Shown: positions 33,780 through 43,390 of the stretch, piece by piece
Numbering within the stretch: position 1 is the first letter of the stretch
Layout: each line of letters opens with the position of its first letter
Origin: Candidatus Bathyarchaeota archaeon
GTDB lineage: Archaea; Thermoproteota; Bathyarchaeia; Bathyarchaeales; Bathyarchaeaceae
DNA length: 64,000 nucleotides
Assembly (NCBI GenBank): GCA_963697165.1
Contig: CAVOMX010000024.1
Span: forward strand, 84,767-148,766
Direction: 5' to 3'
Notes under the pieces: generated by a model
Seen by the model: the letters and a program-made list of their open reading frames with translations, nothing else
What the model was told of the DNA's origin: nothing
The model's database searches: none
Translations under genes and position numbers: made by a program

Positions 33780-35481
33780 CACCTTTTAGCCAGCCAAAAG
33801 GGAAAAAAACGCTGCTCTCCCGAATTGGAGTGTCCGCAACCGTAGCAAGTCTCATTGTTTTTGTTTTTTTACCAAGCTTTTTTTTGATATCATTTACGTT
33901 TACCCAATGGCCTGAAGTTTACACTGAAGTTTTCGCTAATCCGCTGATCGGCGATACAAACTGGATAGAAATCCAAAAGTATCTTTCTTTGTCTTTGCGT
34001 GTCGCCATTTCCGCAGTTATAATCGACTTGGTCTTTGGGATTCCTCTTGCATACATATTGGCTCGAAAGAAGTTTTGGGGAAAAGGGTTTCTTGAGGACC
34101 TCATTACTTTCACTTTGGTTATTCCAACGTCAGGTTTTGGTTTTGCAACTCTGATTTCGTGGACAACAATTTCTGGAATAGGCGCTCTTTTTGGAGAGGG
34201 AATTGTGGAAACAAATCAACTGATTCCTTTCATTAATGTTCCTTTCATCATGTTGATAGTTCACGTTGCCTTGACCTTTCCGTACATCGTGAAAACTCTT
34301 AAGGCAAAACTTGAAGACATGTCAACGCTGTTTGAGCAAGCTTCCGGAAGTCTTGGGGCTTCTCCTCTTACAACTTTCCGAAAGATTCTGATTCCGTTGA
34401 CGCTACCCGCAATTTTTTCGGGCGCAGTTCTCGCTTTTGCGCGGTCTCTTGGAGAAACTGGAGCCACAATAGTAGTTTCAAGCGTTTACACTACGGCGCC
34501 TATTGCTGTTATTAGTTGGGTGTCACAGTTCAAGTTTGGACCTGCCGCTTTTCTGGGTAGCCTGTTAATAATTGTGGCGTCAGCGATAATTCTTGCCTGT
34601 AGAGTTTGTTTTGCATAAAAAGGGAATCTCAACGTTTTCGTTTTTCTCAACTCTAAATCTTGAACGAAAAGCTTCTAAAAATTGAGGATTTTGCTTCTCG
34701 AAAACTGTCCCGCGTCAGAGATGTAGTTGTCATGTTCTTTGTCATTATAGTGGTTATAGTTCCAATAATTGTTGTCCTAAATTCTGTTATAATATCTTGG
34801 AGTAGCGACCCAATCACAGGTAAAGTGACAGAAAGCGTAGTTTACCAACTCTTTGGACCATCAAACTACTTCTCAGCTTTGATGGATGCTACTTTGGTTT
34901 CGTTTGCTTCCGCAGGAATCGCAACCTACATTGCAACTTGTATAGCGATTCCAACAGTGTTTTTGATAATGCGTTACAGATTTGGTCGTTTACTCAGAGC
35001 CCTGCTCAGAATCCCGCTTATTGTTCCAACGTCGGCTCTTGGTTTATCAATACTGCTTTTGTGGGGTCCTGGAGGAATGAAGCTTGCAAATCCCGGAATA
35101 TGGCTTATAATCTTAACTCATATTGTATTCTCTGTTCCTGTGGTAGTTGAGCCTATGCTTGCTACGTTTGAAGGTTCTGACATTCCCCTGTACGAGGAAG
35201 CATCTGTTACCCTAGGCGCCAATTCATACAATACTGTCGAGTCTGTTTCTCTTCCGCTGTTGAAGAGAGGAATCTTAACAGGGGTTATTCTGTCCTTTAC
35301 TCGCTCCTTGGGAGAAACAGGTGCAACTTTGCTAGTAATGGGTAGCGCCACAACAATTCCTCCACTAGTAGTCAACATGGTTGAATCTCTTGCAATTCCT
35401 GCAGCCCTATTCGCGTCAACCTACCTGATTGCTCTCGCTTTTATTCTTCTAATGATTTTCAGAAAGGTGACCACTAGATGA
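33749..35481 (+). CDS. ABC transporter permease, two fused ModB/CysT-like domains (apparent frameshift; could be two genes)
   Basis: Two EAA-like loops (FEQASGSLGAS, YEEASVTLGAN); FARSLGETGAT and FTRSLGETGAT. Confidence 0.85.
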
Positions 35482-35526
35482 GACAAAATAATACAGTTAA
35501 CAGAATCATAGATGAGGTGAACTGAA

Positions 35527-36636
35527 ATGCCCGAAGTCATGTTAAGAAACGTAGTTAAAACATTTGACAAAGGAAGAATAATCGCTGTTGACCATGTAAA
35601 CTTGACTGTCCGTGACAGAGAATACCTAACATTGCTTGGACCAAGCGGATGTGGAAAAACAACCACTTTACGAATGATAGCTGGCTTGGAGTTACCAAAT
35701 GAAGGCGAAATCTACATTGGTGAGGATCTTGTTTCGAACCTTCCGCCTGAATACAGGGACATCGGATATGTCTTTCAGGAGTATGCATTGTTTCCCCATA
35801 TGGACGTATGGAACAACGTTACATATGGACCACGCGTGAAAGGGTGGGAAGAAAAAAAGAGCAACAAGATTGGTCGAGAAATGTTAGAGCTAGTCAGACT
35901 ATTTGAGCGAACTGACGCTGTTCCAGCTGAGTTGAGTGGAGGAATGAGACAGCGAGTTGCCTTAGCTAGGGCGTTAGCTTCTGGCTCTAAGCTTCTGCTG
36001 TTGGATGAGCCTTTAGGTGCCCTAGACGCGAGAATTAGAACCGACTTGAGGTATGAAATTCGAAAACTGGTTAAAGACCTCGGATTAACGGCTATTCATG
36101 TAACTCATGACCAGGCAGAAGCCATGGCAATCTCTGATCGAATTGCTGTGATGAGGAAAGGAAAGATTCTGCAGGTTGGAACACCTCAGGAACTATACCT
36201 GAATCCTCAGCACATATTTGTGGCGAATTTTGTTGGGGAATCAAATTTCTTGGAAGGTTACGTTGCAGAGCGTGTGGGACATGAACTTACGGTGGAGCTT
36301 CGTGGAGGGCTTTCAGTTAAGTCCATGAACAAAGACCACAAGAAAGGGGAAAAAGTGGTTGTAGGTGTAAGACCAGAAGTTTTGTCCTTAGCAAAAGGAG
36401 ATCATAGTGAGGTAAACTCGATAGGCGGCAACATTGAAGGTTTCAGGTTTGAAGGAACCAATGTCCGATATGAGATTAGGCTTCAAAATGATGATATGGT
36501 GGTTGTTATACGTCCTGCTTTAATGGGTGAATGGCTTACTGTGGGAGAGACAGTTACTGTTGCTTTTCCGGTTGAAAAGAGCTTTGTTTTTTCCTATCCT
36601 GAGAAGGGTTTGAGAACGGAGTTGGCTTTAGAATGA
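35527..36636 (+). CDS. ABC transporter ATP-binding protein (PotA/MalK-like with TOBE domain)
   Basis: GPSGCGKTT, LSGGMRQRVALARAL, LLDEPL, VTHDQAEA. Confidence 0.95.
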   Translation: MPEVMLRNVVKTFDKGRIIAVDHVNLTVRDREYLTLLGPSGCGKTTTLRMIAGLELPNEGEIYIGEDLVSNLPPEYRDIGYVFQEYALFPHMDVWNNVTYGPRVKGWEEKKSNKIGREMLELVRLFERTDAVPAELSGGMRQRVALARALASGSKLLLLDEPLGALDARIRTDLRYEIRKLVKDLGLTAIHVTHDQAEAMAISDRIAVMRKGKILQVGTPQELYLNPQHIFVANFVGESNFLEGYVAERVGHELTVELRGGLSVKSMNKDHKKGEKVVVGVRPEVLSLAKGDHSEVNSIGGNIEGFRFEGTNVRYEIRLQNDDMVVVIRPALMGEWLTVGETVTVAFPVEKSFVFSYPEKGLRTELALE

Positions 36637-36723
36637 ACGTATGGAAAAGATTTAAGCGTTATATTCGCACTATATTTAGATACAACTATAACAATATGTC
36701 TTATTGTTTAAAGGTGAACATTT

Positions 36724-37386
36724 ATGGAAAGATGGTTTGCTGAAAGAAGGAAATCCAAGTTATTCGAAATGGCCGATAGGCAGATGACGTTGGCTATCGA
36801 CACGGTAATAGAGCTTGAGAAGTCTATTATCGCCGCATTAAACGGTAACAAGGAAAAAGCCAAAGCATCCTTCAACAAACTCTCAACTATAGAACATGAA
36901 ATCGATGAGCTTAGAAGAATGATTTTTGAGGAGCTCACACGCGGAAGCCTTCGATCGAAAGACCGTGAAGATATCATGCACCTAGTAAAGAGATTAGACC
37001 AGATGGCTGATCACGTAAAGGATGCGTCAAGAGCAGTTATTTTGCTTTTAGAGGCGTACGTTCCAAAGGAAATGTGGAAACAGTTTGTCCTAACCGCCAA
37101 AGACCTTGTTGAATGTGCAACAACTTTACGTAAAGCCATCGAAAATTTGGGAACGGATCCCGTGAAGGCTATGGAGCTTGCGAAACAAATCGACGTGATC
37201 GAAGGTAAAGTTGATGAGAAGTACTTGACGTCGAAGGCGATGCTTCTCCAGTATTCTAAGGAGACTGATGCTGCGACGATATTGTTGCTTAAGGATCTCA
37301 TAGAGGAGATGGAGCATGTGGCTGATGCTTGCGATGATACGGCAGATTATGTTAGAATATTGACGGTTTCTAGGGAAGCTCCCTAG
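36724..37386 (+). CDS. DUF47 / PhoU-like phosphate transport regulator
   Basis: IEHEIDELRR, DREDIMHLVKRLDQMAD, MEHVADACDDTAD. Confidence 0.85.
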   Translation: MERWFAERRKSKLFEMADRQMTLAIDTVIELEKSIIAALNGNKEKAKASFNKLSTIEHEIDELRRMIFEELTRGSLRSKDREDIMHLVKRLDQMADHVKDASRAVILLLEAYVPKEMWKQFVLTAKDLVECATTLRKAIENLGTDPVKAMELAKQIDVIEGKVDEKYLTSKAMLLQYSKETDAATILLLKDLIEEMEHVADACDDTADYVRILTVSREAP

Positions 37387-37590
37387 TCTCCCTTTTTTTG
37401 TTGTGTTACTGCTCTTTTTTGAATTGGCTGTGAAAAGTTAGTGTGTTAGTTTCAAATACGCTTCAGCTCTCCTTAGTGTAGCTTTTTTTGTCTGCTCTTC
37501 TATTGTTTATGGAAAAGCCTAAACAGCAGCTATAAATAAACTCTTTATGGATTAAGCTATAGTGTACATTATCCTGTGGGGCGGATTAAC

Positions 37591-38055
37591 TTGTCTGAAA
37601 CGACTTTGCGTGTATCAAAAATCAAAGACGGCACAGTGATAGATCACATCACTGCCGGACATGCCTTGGAAGTGCTAAAAATTTTAGGCATCACTGATTA
37701 CGTTAAGGGAATCGTGACAGTTGGCATGAATGTTCCCAGTAGAACTTTGGGCTTAAAGGATATGGTTAAGATTGAAGGGCGAGAACTGAAGTCTGAAGAG
37801 GTGGACAAGATTGCCCTGTTGGCTCCCCATGCAAGCATTAACATCATCAGAGACTATAATGTTGTGGACAAGCAGCTTGTTAGACTACCTAAAGTGATAC
37901 GGGAAACAGTCAAGTGCATGAATCCTTCTTGCGTTTCGAACAGCAAGGAACCCGTGAAATCCACGTTTTATGTGGACAACGAAGAGCCTCTTCGCTTAAG
38001 GTGCCATTACTGCGGCTACATCATGGAAAAACAGGACATCCCAAAACAGTTCTAA
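37591..38055 (+). CDS. pyrI: Aspartate carbamoyltransferase regulatory subunit
   Basis: LRVSKIKDGTVIDHI, KDMVKIE, CMNPSCVS, CHYC. Confidence 0.96.
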   Translation: MSETTLRVSKIKDGTVIDHITAGHALEVLKILGITDYVKGIVTVGMNVPSRTLGLKDMVKIEGRELKSEEVDKIALLAPHASINIIRDYNVVDKQLVRLPKVIRETVKCMNPSCVSNSKEPVKSTFYVDNEEPLRLRCHYCGYIMEKQDIPKQF

Positions 38056-38158
38056 CTCCTGTTTAATCTGGCGAAAGCCCAAGCCCCTTTCTCTTTTGTT
38101 GAATTTCTGATTCATAACCGTTATCAAACCGAAACTATCAAGTTTCTTTTGTGGTTAG

Positions 38159-38628
38159 ATGTCGATCTCAACTAAAGAGGAGCTGCAGTTTCTGCTTCAT
38201 AGGGGCTTGGAGATCGAGAAGAAATTTGAATCCATTTCTGTTTGGGAAGGCTTTGTTACTGTAGACTCAGATAACCGAAAAACGGTTCTGACTTTAGCTT
38301 GAGACTCGCATATGCACAGGCTTGACTTAGAGAAACTGCTGGAAACGCTTAATCTTGAAGCGGCAACAAACGAGATTCCTGACGCAACATTCGATTTTGG
38401 GGGTATGCTTGACTCGGAGATACTCCAAAAAATTATTGCACAGGACGAGATAGCTGCGGATTTGTACACTGAATTAGCAGAGAAGACTGACCTGAAGCTT
38501 GTTGCGGCTTTATCTGGTCTGAAAAACGTTGAATTTTTCTATAAAACACTTGAGCATATTGTTGAGGATGAAAAAAGCATATGCACATGGTGAAGGCTCT
38601 TACGGGTACCATAACTCGGATTCTATGA
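38159..38628 (+). pseudogene. Ferritin-like-fold protein with in-frame TGA (38300-38302) and C-terminal frameshift
   Basis: GLEIE...LA*DSHMH...QDEIAADLY...VEDEK(K)H di-iron-type helix pattern. Confidence 0.6.
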
Positions 38629-38682
38629 TTTTTGGTGTTTGTGTTACCTTTTTTGGGTCTGTTTGTTTTGCGACATGATTGT

Positions 38683-38740
38683 TTATTACTAAAGAGTAAT
38701 GTTTATATTAGAAACTATTATTATTACTTCTAGGTAATAA
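38683..38740 (+). promoter_or_regulatory. Two TTATTAC-N6-GTAAT inverted repeats flanking a TATA box
   Basis: ttattac-taaaga-gtaat (38683-38700), tttatat (38702-38708), ttattac-ttctag-gtaataa (38721-38740). Confidence 0.7.
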
Positions 38741-38753
38741 TGGATGAGGTCAC

Positions 38754-39173
38754 ATGACACTCAAACTGCAACTAATACGTGACGGAAAAATAATCCTAGA
38801 AATGCCCCTATCTCCCATGGACTGGCCAAAAGATCAACTTGAACAAGAATTCGAAGCGTTCGAGGAAGACTTTGAAAGATTCTCTAACATATTCGGCGCC
38901 CTATCCAACCAAACACGCCTAAAAATGATGAGAAGACTAGTAGTAGAAGAAGACAGCACAATGAACTTCGCAGACTTCATGAAAGACTTAGATTTAAATC
39001 CAAAAACCGTCTGGGAGAACTCGCGAAAACTCAGCGATGGCGGATTTCTAACAAAAACTGGAAGAGGAACATATCACTGCTCAGAATTTGGGCAATCAGC
39101 CTTCCTGACGTTGAGCCTCGTCCTACGCCGTTTACTAGAATCTCTAGATGAAATAGAAAATTATAGGAGGTGA
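38754..39173 (+). CDS. ArsR-type winged-helix transcriptional regulator (probable heat-shock regulator)
   Basis: FGALSNQTRLKMM, LNPKTVWENSRKLSDGGFL; directly upstream of hsp20. Confidence 0.8.
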   Translation: MTLKLQLIRDGKIILEMPLSPMDWPKDQLEQEFEAFEEDFERFSNIFGALSNQTRLKMMRRLVVEEDSTMNFADFMKDLDLNPKTVWENSRKLSDGGFLTKTGRGTYHCSEFGQSAFLTLSLVLRRLLESLDEIENYRR

Positions 39174-39179
39174 AAGACA

Positions 39180-39776
39180 CTGTCAGAAGAAGACCGATGG
39201 TCAAAATGGTTTAACAAAAAGTCACCCTTCTCTGGAGAAGACTTTTCTGGAATAAACGAAGCCATAAAAGAAATGGAAGAAGCAATAGCAAAAGAGTTTG
39301 AAGAATTGTCCAAGCGAGCACCTGAAGACCTCCAGCGAGAACGAACATTACCCGACGGAACTAAAGTCAAAAGCTGGGGACCCTTTGTATATGGATACAG
39401 CGTCACAGTGGGTCCAGATGGAAAACCAAATGTGAAAGAGTTCGGAAATTTCAAGGCTGAAACACAACTTGGAAAACCACACATGGAAGTTAAAGAGAAA
39501 CGGGAAGCCTTAGCAGACGTTATGGATGCTGGTGACGAAGTCCGAGTGATAGTAGAATTGCCCGGTGTCGAGAAAGACGACATCAAACTCTCCGGAACAG
39601 ATGATACGCTAACGATTTCGGTTGAAACTCCTCGGCACAAATACTTTAAAGAAGTTGAATTACCCGCCAAGGTGGACTCGAAAAAGGCGACATCAAAATA
39701 TAAGAACGGCGTCTTAGACATCACTATTCCCAAGAAGAAACAACAAACCAAAAGCGAGATCATAAAAATAGAGTAA
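39180..39776 (+). CDS. hsp20: Archaeal small heat shock protein Hsp20
   Basis: GPFVYGYSVTVGPDGKP.V.EFGN, VELPGVEK, YKNGVLDI, IKIE; probable CTG start at 39180 after GGAGGTGA. Confidence 0.95.
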   Translation: MSEEDRWSKWFNKKSPFSGEDFSGINEAIKEMEEAIAKEFEELSKRAPEDLQRERTLPDGTKVKSWGPFVYGYSVTVGPDGKPNVKEFGNFKAETQLGKPHMEVKEKREALADVMDAGDEVRVIVELPGVEKDDIKLSGTDDTLTISVETPRHKYFKEVELPAKVDSKKATSKYKNGVLDITIPKKKQQTKSEIIKIE

Positions 39777-40137
39777 ATAAACAACTCCAGACGCCAACTC
39801 TTCTATCTTTTCTTCTTTTTTTGTATAACCCTAATGAATATTCCTAACATTTTATTCAATTCTAGAAGAGACAGACAGCATCAGACTTAAGAAACTAACA
39901 TAACCTAATGGAAACAATGGAATAGACCGTAGATGCCTTTAACTCCTCAAATACTGGCGATGTCTCCAGCACCATCCCCTTTTTCAACTTAACATGTGTT
40001 AGTAAAATTGCATCCTGATTCTACTCACGCTTATCCATTCGTAATTTTTAATAAGTAAAATACTACATACAACTGAGATAGAATGCTTTAGTATGCGCGT
40101 GTATAATCAACAAAAATGCTTGAAGGAGAAAACGTGT

Positions 40138-42073
40138 ATGGGGAAGAGTATAACTCAAAAGATATTGGAAGAGCACATAATAGAGGGAAAATTTGAACCT
40201 GGTAAAGAAATCGCAATTAAAATAGATCAGACTTTGACACAGGACGCAACTGGAACCATGGCCTATCTTCAATTTGAGGCGATTGGAATGTCAAAAGTCA
40301 AAGCCGAGCTTTCTGTGAGCTATATAGATCATAATACAATCCAAGTGGGTTTTGAGAATGCAGATGACCATCGGTATCTTCAGTCAATCGCAGCTAAATA
40401 TGGCATCTTACTGTCAAGAGCTGGAAACGGGATTTGCCATCAAGTTCACCTTGAACGATTTGGAAAACCCGGAAAGACATTGTTAGGATCTGATAGCCAT
40501 ACGCCAACTGCAGGCGGATTAGGAATGATTGCTATTGGAGCGGGAGGATTGGATATTGCTGTTGCCATGGGCGGTGAACCGTTCTATCTCGTGTGCCCAA
40601 AGGTAACCAAAATAAATTTGAAGGGAAAACTAAGACCATGGGTTTCTGCAAAAGATGTAGTTCTAAAGGTATTAGAGATTTTCACAACAAAAGGTAATGT
40701 TGGTTATGTGTTTGAATATGGAGGCAAGGGAGCAGAAACGCTTTCTGTTCCTGAGAGAGCCACCATAACAAATATGGGCGCGGAATGTGGAGTCACCACT
40801 TCCGTTTTTCCATCTGACGAAATTACAAAACAGTTTCTAAAAGCTCAGGGTAGAGAAAACGATTGGGTTGAAGTTAAAGCTGATGAAGATGCAGAATATG
40901 ATCGAGTAGTTGACATTGACCTGAGCGAGACTAGTTCCACTAGCAGCTTTTCCACATAGCCCAGGGAACATCAAAACAGTGAAAGAGCTTAGCGGAATGA
41001 CAGTAAATCAAGTATGTATTGGGAGCTGCACGAACTCTTCTTATAAAGATCTGATGACGGTTGCAAAAATATTGAAAGGAAAAAAGGCGCATCCGTCTGT
41101 CAGCTTCGTTATTTCTCCGGGTTCAAAACAAGTAATTGAGAACCTTGCTAGGGAAGGAGCATTAGCAGATCTGTTTTCTACAGGAGCGAGAATTACGGAA
41201 CCCGTCTGTGGATTCTGTATTGGAAACAGTCAGTCGCCTGAAACAGATTCGGTATCAATTCGTACATCCAACAGGAATTTCTTTGGTCGTTCTGGAACAA
41301 AATCTGCAAATCTATATTTGACAAGCCCTGAAACAGCTGCTGCAGCAGTAATTACTGGGAAAATGACAGACCCAAGAGATCTTGGAATGGATTATCCTCA
41401 AGTGGAGATGCCTGAGAAATTCTATACTGATGACAGCATGATTATTTTTCCTTCAGACAAACCGGAGCAAGTTGAGATACATAGGGGTCCAAACATCGCT
41501 GAACTGCCATCTAATCCTCCAATGCCAGATAACATCTCTGGAATCGTCACAATCAAGGTGGGGGACAAAATCACCACAGACCACATTATTCCGGCTGGGA
41601 GTAGAATGAAATACAGGTCCAACGTGCCCAAGTACTCCGAGTTCGTGTTTGAAATAGTGGATGACACATTCTACAAAAGAGCCACAGAAATCAGAGATGC
41701 AGGAAAACACAACGTCATCGTAGGAGGATTAAGCTATGGTCAAGGCTCTTCAAGGGAGCACGCAGCCTTATGCCCAATGTTTTTAGGAGTAAAAGCGGTC
41801 ATCGCGAAATCTTTTGAGAGAATACACTCAGCAAATCTAATCAATTTCGGAATCATTCCTTTAACGTTCAAAACAGAGTCTGATTATGATGGAATAGATT
41901 CTGGAGATGAAATCCAGATTTCCAACATTAGGAAAGTGATATCAAAAAATGAGCCGCTGATCGTAAAAAATCTTACAAAAGGAAAAGATTTTGAGGTAAA
42001 ATATGACCTATCAGAAAGACAGCGGAACATCATCCTTGCGGGTGGAATGCTTTCCTACATCAAAAACAAATAG
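40138..42073 (+). CDS. acnA: Aconitate hydratase (frameshift near 40935)
   Basis: QDATGT, GNGICHQVH, DSHT, IGSCTNSS, CGFCIG, RTSNRNF, TTDHI, YGQGSSREHAA. Confidence 0.93.
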
Positions 42074-42101
42074 ATGAAATATAACGATTGGAGGCGAAAA
42101 A

Positions 42102-43385
42102 ATGGCTCAAAGAGGTATACGTGAATATCATGGAAAAAAGATGATGGCAAAATTTTGGTCTGATTATTTCAAAGGCCTTGAAAAATATGATGGAAAAATA
42201 GTGTTAATTGATCCAGAAACAACTGTGGATGACCTTGCCAAACAAAATCCTTGGTTAACCAAAGAAAAATTGGTAGTAAAGCCGGATCAATTAATTGGAA
42301 AAAGAGGAAAACACAACCTCATACTTCTTAACGCCACCTTTAATGAGGCAAAGAACTGGATAAACGAGCGAATGAACAAAGAAATTACAATAGGAAAAGT
42401 AACGGACAAACTCACCCATTTTCTAATCGAACCCTTTGTTCCCCATGATAAGAACAAGGAATATTATGTCGCCATAACCTCCAACAGGGAAGGGGATGCC
42501 ATCCATTTCTCGGCTCATGGAGGAGTAGACATCGAAGAAGTTTGGGATACTGTTGTGACAATACAGGTTCCTATCCTCTCAAACATTGACGACATTAAGA
42601 TTAAAGAAAAACTACCCACAGATCTTCCTGACGAAGAAAAGGATATGGTTACCAAGTTCATCAAAGGGTTGTTCAAGTTTTACGCTGACCTTGGTTACGC
42701 CTATCTCGAAATAAACCCCATAGCAGTAACCAAAGGAGGCTTCATACCTTTAGATACAGTTGCACGCCTCGATGACACAGCCCAATTTGTCTGTGGACAG
42801 AATTGGGGAGATATAGAATTCCCAGCACCTTTTGGAAGAGGTCTTACCGAGGAAGAAAAATTAATTAAGGAACTTGATGAAAAAAGCGGTGCTTCTTTGA
42901 AACTAACCGTACTGAATCCAAAAGGCAGAATCTGGACACTAGTAGCCGGCGGTGGGGCCAGCGTTGTTTACACAGACACTGTTTTTGACTTAGGTTTCAA
43001 AGATGAACTAGCCAATTATGGAGAATACAGTGGCAATCCATCCACAGATGAGACTTACCAATATGCCAAGACAATCATTGATCTCATGACAAGAGAAAAA
43101 GATCCGAGAGGAAAAATACTGCTCATTGGAGGCGGTATCGCAAATTTCACCGATGTTGCTAAAACTTTCACAGGCATAATAGAAGCTTTGAAGGAATACA
43201 GGCAAAAACTCATCGACAACAAAATTAAGATCTACATTCGCAGGGGTGGACCAAACTATCAAGAAGGATTAAAAAACATGAAAGAACTTGGCAAGACCAT
43301 TGGCATTCCCATTGAAGTATTTGGACCTGAGGTACATATGACATCAATAGTTTCAATGGGACTTGTGGAAAAAGCAAACGCGTGA
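42102..43385 (+). CDS. aclB: ATP citrate lyase, beta (ATP-grasp) subunit
   Basis: MAQRGIREY, VVKPDQLIGKRGK, LEINP, SLKLTVLNP.GRIW, AGGGASV, NYGEYSG, GGGIANFT, RRGGPNY. Confidence 0.93.
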   Translation: MAQRGIREYHGKKMMAKFWSDYFKGLEKYDGKIVLIDPETTVDDLAKQNPWLTKEKLVVKPDQLIGKRGKHNLILLNATFNEAKNWINERMNKEITIGKVTDKLTHFLIEPFVPHDKNKEYYVAITSNREGDAIHFSAHGGVDIEEVWDTVVTIQVPILSNIDDIKIKEKLPTDLPDEEKDMVTKFIKGLFKFYADLGYAYLEINPIAVTKGGFIPLDTVARLDDTAQFVCGQNWGDIEFPAPFGRGLTEEEKLIKELDEKSGASLKLTVLNPKGRIWTLVAGGGASVVYTDTVFDLGFKDELANYGEYSGNPSTDETYQYAKTIIDLMTREKDPRGKILLIGGGIANFTDVAKTFTGIIEALKEYRQKLIDNKIKIYIRRGGPNYQEGLKNMKELGKTIGIPIEVFGPEVHMTSIVSMGLVEKANA

Positions 43386-43390
43386 TAATA

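Noticed and set aside
38300..38302. In-frame TGA in the ferritin-like gene as selenocysteine
   Set aside because: The position is in a helix (LA*DSHMH), not a Cys-type redox motif, and no Sec machinery or evident SECIS is in the window. A CGA-to-TGA change or a base error is simpler.
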